Of a DNA stretch of 64,000 bases, positions 62,670 through 64,000 are shown piece by piece. A program made the translations under genes and the position numbers. Numbering within the stretch: the stretch's first letter is position 1; every line of letters begins with the position of its first letter. The stretch comes from Paraspadella gotoi. Taxonomy: Eukaryota; Animalia; Chaetognatha. The DNA is taken from the NCBI GenBank assembly GCA_051294375.1, contig CM119265.1, forward strand, positions 14,004,124 to 14,068,123, read 5' to 3'. Below the pieces are notes generated by a model that was not told the DNA's origin, searched no databases, and was given only the letters and a program-made list of their open reading frames with translations.

Positions 62670-63169
62670 CTGTAAAAAAACAAAAACGTTGGCTTATTTT
62701 ATTTTCTATTTTTTCTATCAACGCCATAGCATTTATTTAACTACATTGTATAAAAAAAACCAACCAACCGACTAAATACCACCTTGCTCTTCTGTTTTTC
62801 GCGATTTCCCACGTTTATTCTAGCAGCTCCTCTGCTTTATAGTCAGATTCCTAAGACAAGCCGCACCGCCAAACATTGGCAGTCATAGAAGAAATTTGAT
62901 TGGACGATGCCATGGCGAGCTTCGGCTTTCTATTGGTTCGTTCACTGACTGAAAGCGTTTTGTCTCGCAGAAAACTCTCCTCTCTATTCTTCCCCGACGC
63001 CCCCCTCAAAATCATTGTCGTCCAGTTATGGATTCATGTCTTCGTAAAGAGAAAACGAACGTTCAGTCAAAAAATCCATCTCTCGTCTTTCCCTGTGCCT
63101 TTCTCCAAATTCGTCGTCCTCGACTTTAAAAAACCGCATCGCAAACTATTTTTCCTCGGCTCTCCGCAC

Positions 63170-63220
63170 AAGTCAGCCATTTTGGAGTCACATGATAGTG
63201 ACGCAAGGCACGTGACCAGA
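63170..63220. promoter_or_regulatory. Promoter-like motif cluster (YY1-like, two E-boxes, CRE-like)
   Basis: GCCATTTT 63176-63183, GTCACATGA 63187-63195, GTGACGCA 63198-63205 and CACGTGAC 63209-63216, next to a CpG-rich block. Confidence 0.35.
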
Positions 63221-64000
63221 GTTGTTTTGTTCCCGTGATTTTCGCGTCCAGTTACGCGCCCCTACCTAGCTCTACGACGCCGCAGACGGGCGCCGCGATG
63301 AGTTCGCTTCCGGCGACGATGAGGGCCGGAGTTCGGCATTCCAATTCCGGCGCCGATGGAATCGAAGACTTCCGGAGAGGTTGGATGGATTCCTTTTTAT
63401 CATCTTTATGATTCCAATGAAAAACGAATAAGTCTTAACCATTTTCCACTTCCGTCTCCACAGACCGACACGGCCTTCCGATAAACGCCGTTCCCGTGAC
63501 TCAGACGGCGCATCTCTCGCCTGCCAACGCCGCAGCACTGCAATACCAGGTCCGCGCCGGGGACGCCGCCACGCCTCTCCTTTACCACAGCGCCCTCCAA
63601 GGTTTTCCCGGATCTCAGGTGGGTTGTCATTCTTCGTTTTTGAGTGGAGTCGGTTATTTTTTTTAATGAATTAACCTTAGACAATAAAAGATTAAAAAAT
63701 TATTCAATTAGCTTATCGGACAAGCCACCGCATCAACCTCTAACTCTAGTCCAAACCAAGAAGCCATTGAACGGTTCCCGTTTCAGTATTCGACGGGCTC
63801 TGTGTCAACGGACTCCAACGGTAAAAATATTTTATCACTTTTAGCTGGAATCAACAAAGAATTAGTTTAGTTTAGTCTTTGCTTAATTCTGCCAATCAGA
63901 TGACCAATCACATTTTAACTTTTAAAAACAATTCGCTGTCATTTTTCGCACTCTTATCAACCAACTCTGAACTGCATCTGTTTTTAGGCTTAAATTCCAT

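Noticed and set aside
63272-63684. GC-rich minus-strand ORFs as a 19th gene
   Set aside because: No recognisable domain and no convincing splice chain; left unannotated.

Overview
Eukaryotic (invertebrate metazoan-like) genomic DNA: AT-rich non-coding sequence, GT-AG introns, standard code. I can assemble 18 protein-coding genes and all lie on the minus strand. In transcription order they are: LRSAM1-like (5'-partial), endophilin A, EMC7, NDUFA12, PRR14/Tantalus-like, RAB5IF, SMG1, APTX, an HExxH zinc metalloprotease, ABHD12, WDR6, MSH2, HSCB, CRPPA/ISPD, BOLA2, MPC2, CHMP3 and a TPR-like/pseudo-DEAD-box protein. Many stop-to-start gaps are only 58-250 bp. Most downstream genes have an unpaired 3' splice acceptor just before the ATG, and some poly(A) signals overlap the upstream stop. 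This is the architecture of a very long eukaryotic operon resolved by spliced-leader trans-splicing (inferred; no transcript data). Other notable items: an eIF4A-like helicase with all catalytic motifs eroded, an LRSAM1 that appears to lack its RING and may end in a CaaX motif, a strongly structured GC-rich intronic element in WDR6, hammerhead-like relics, SINEs, Helentron/MITE-like elements and minisatellites. Gene identities come from recalled family motifs, not database searches. Exon boundaries were read by eye and checked for frame.
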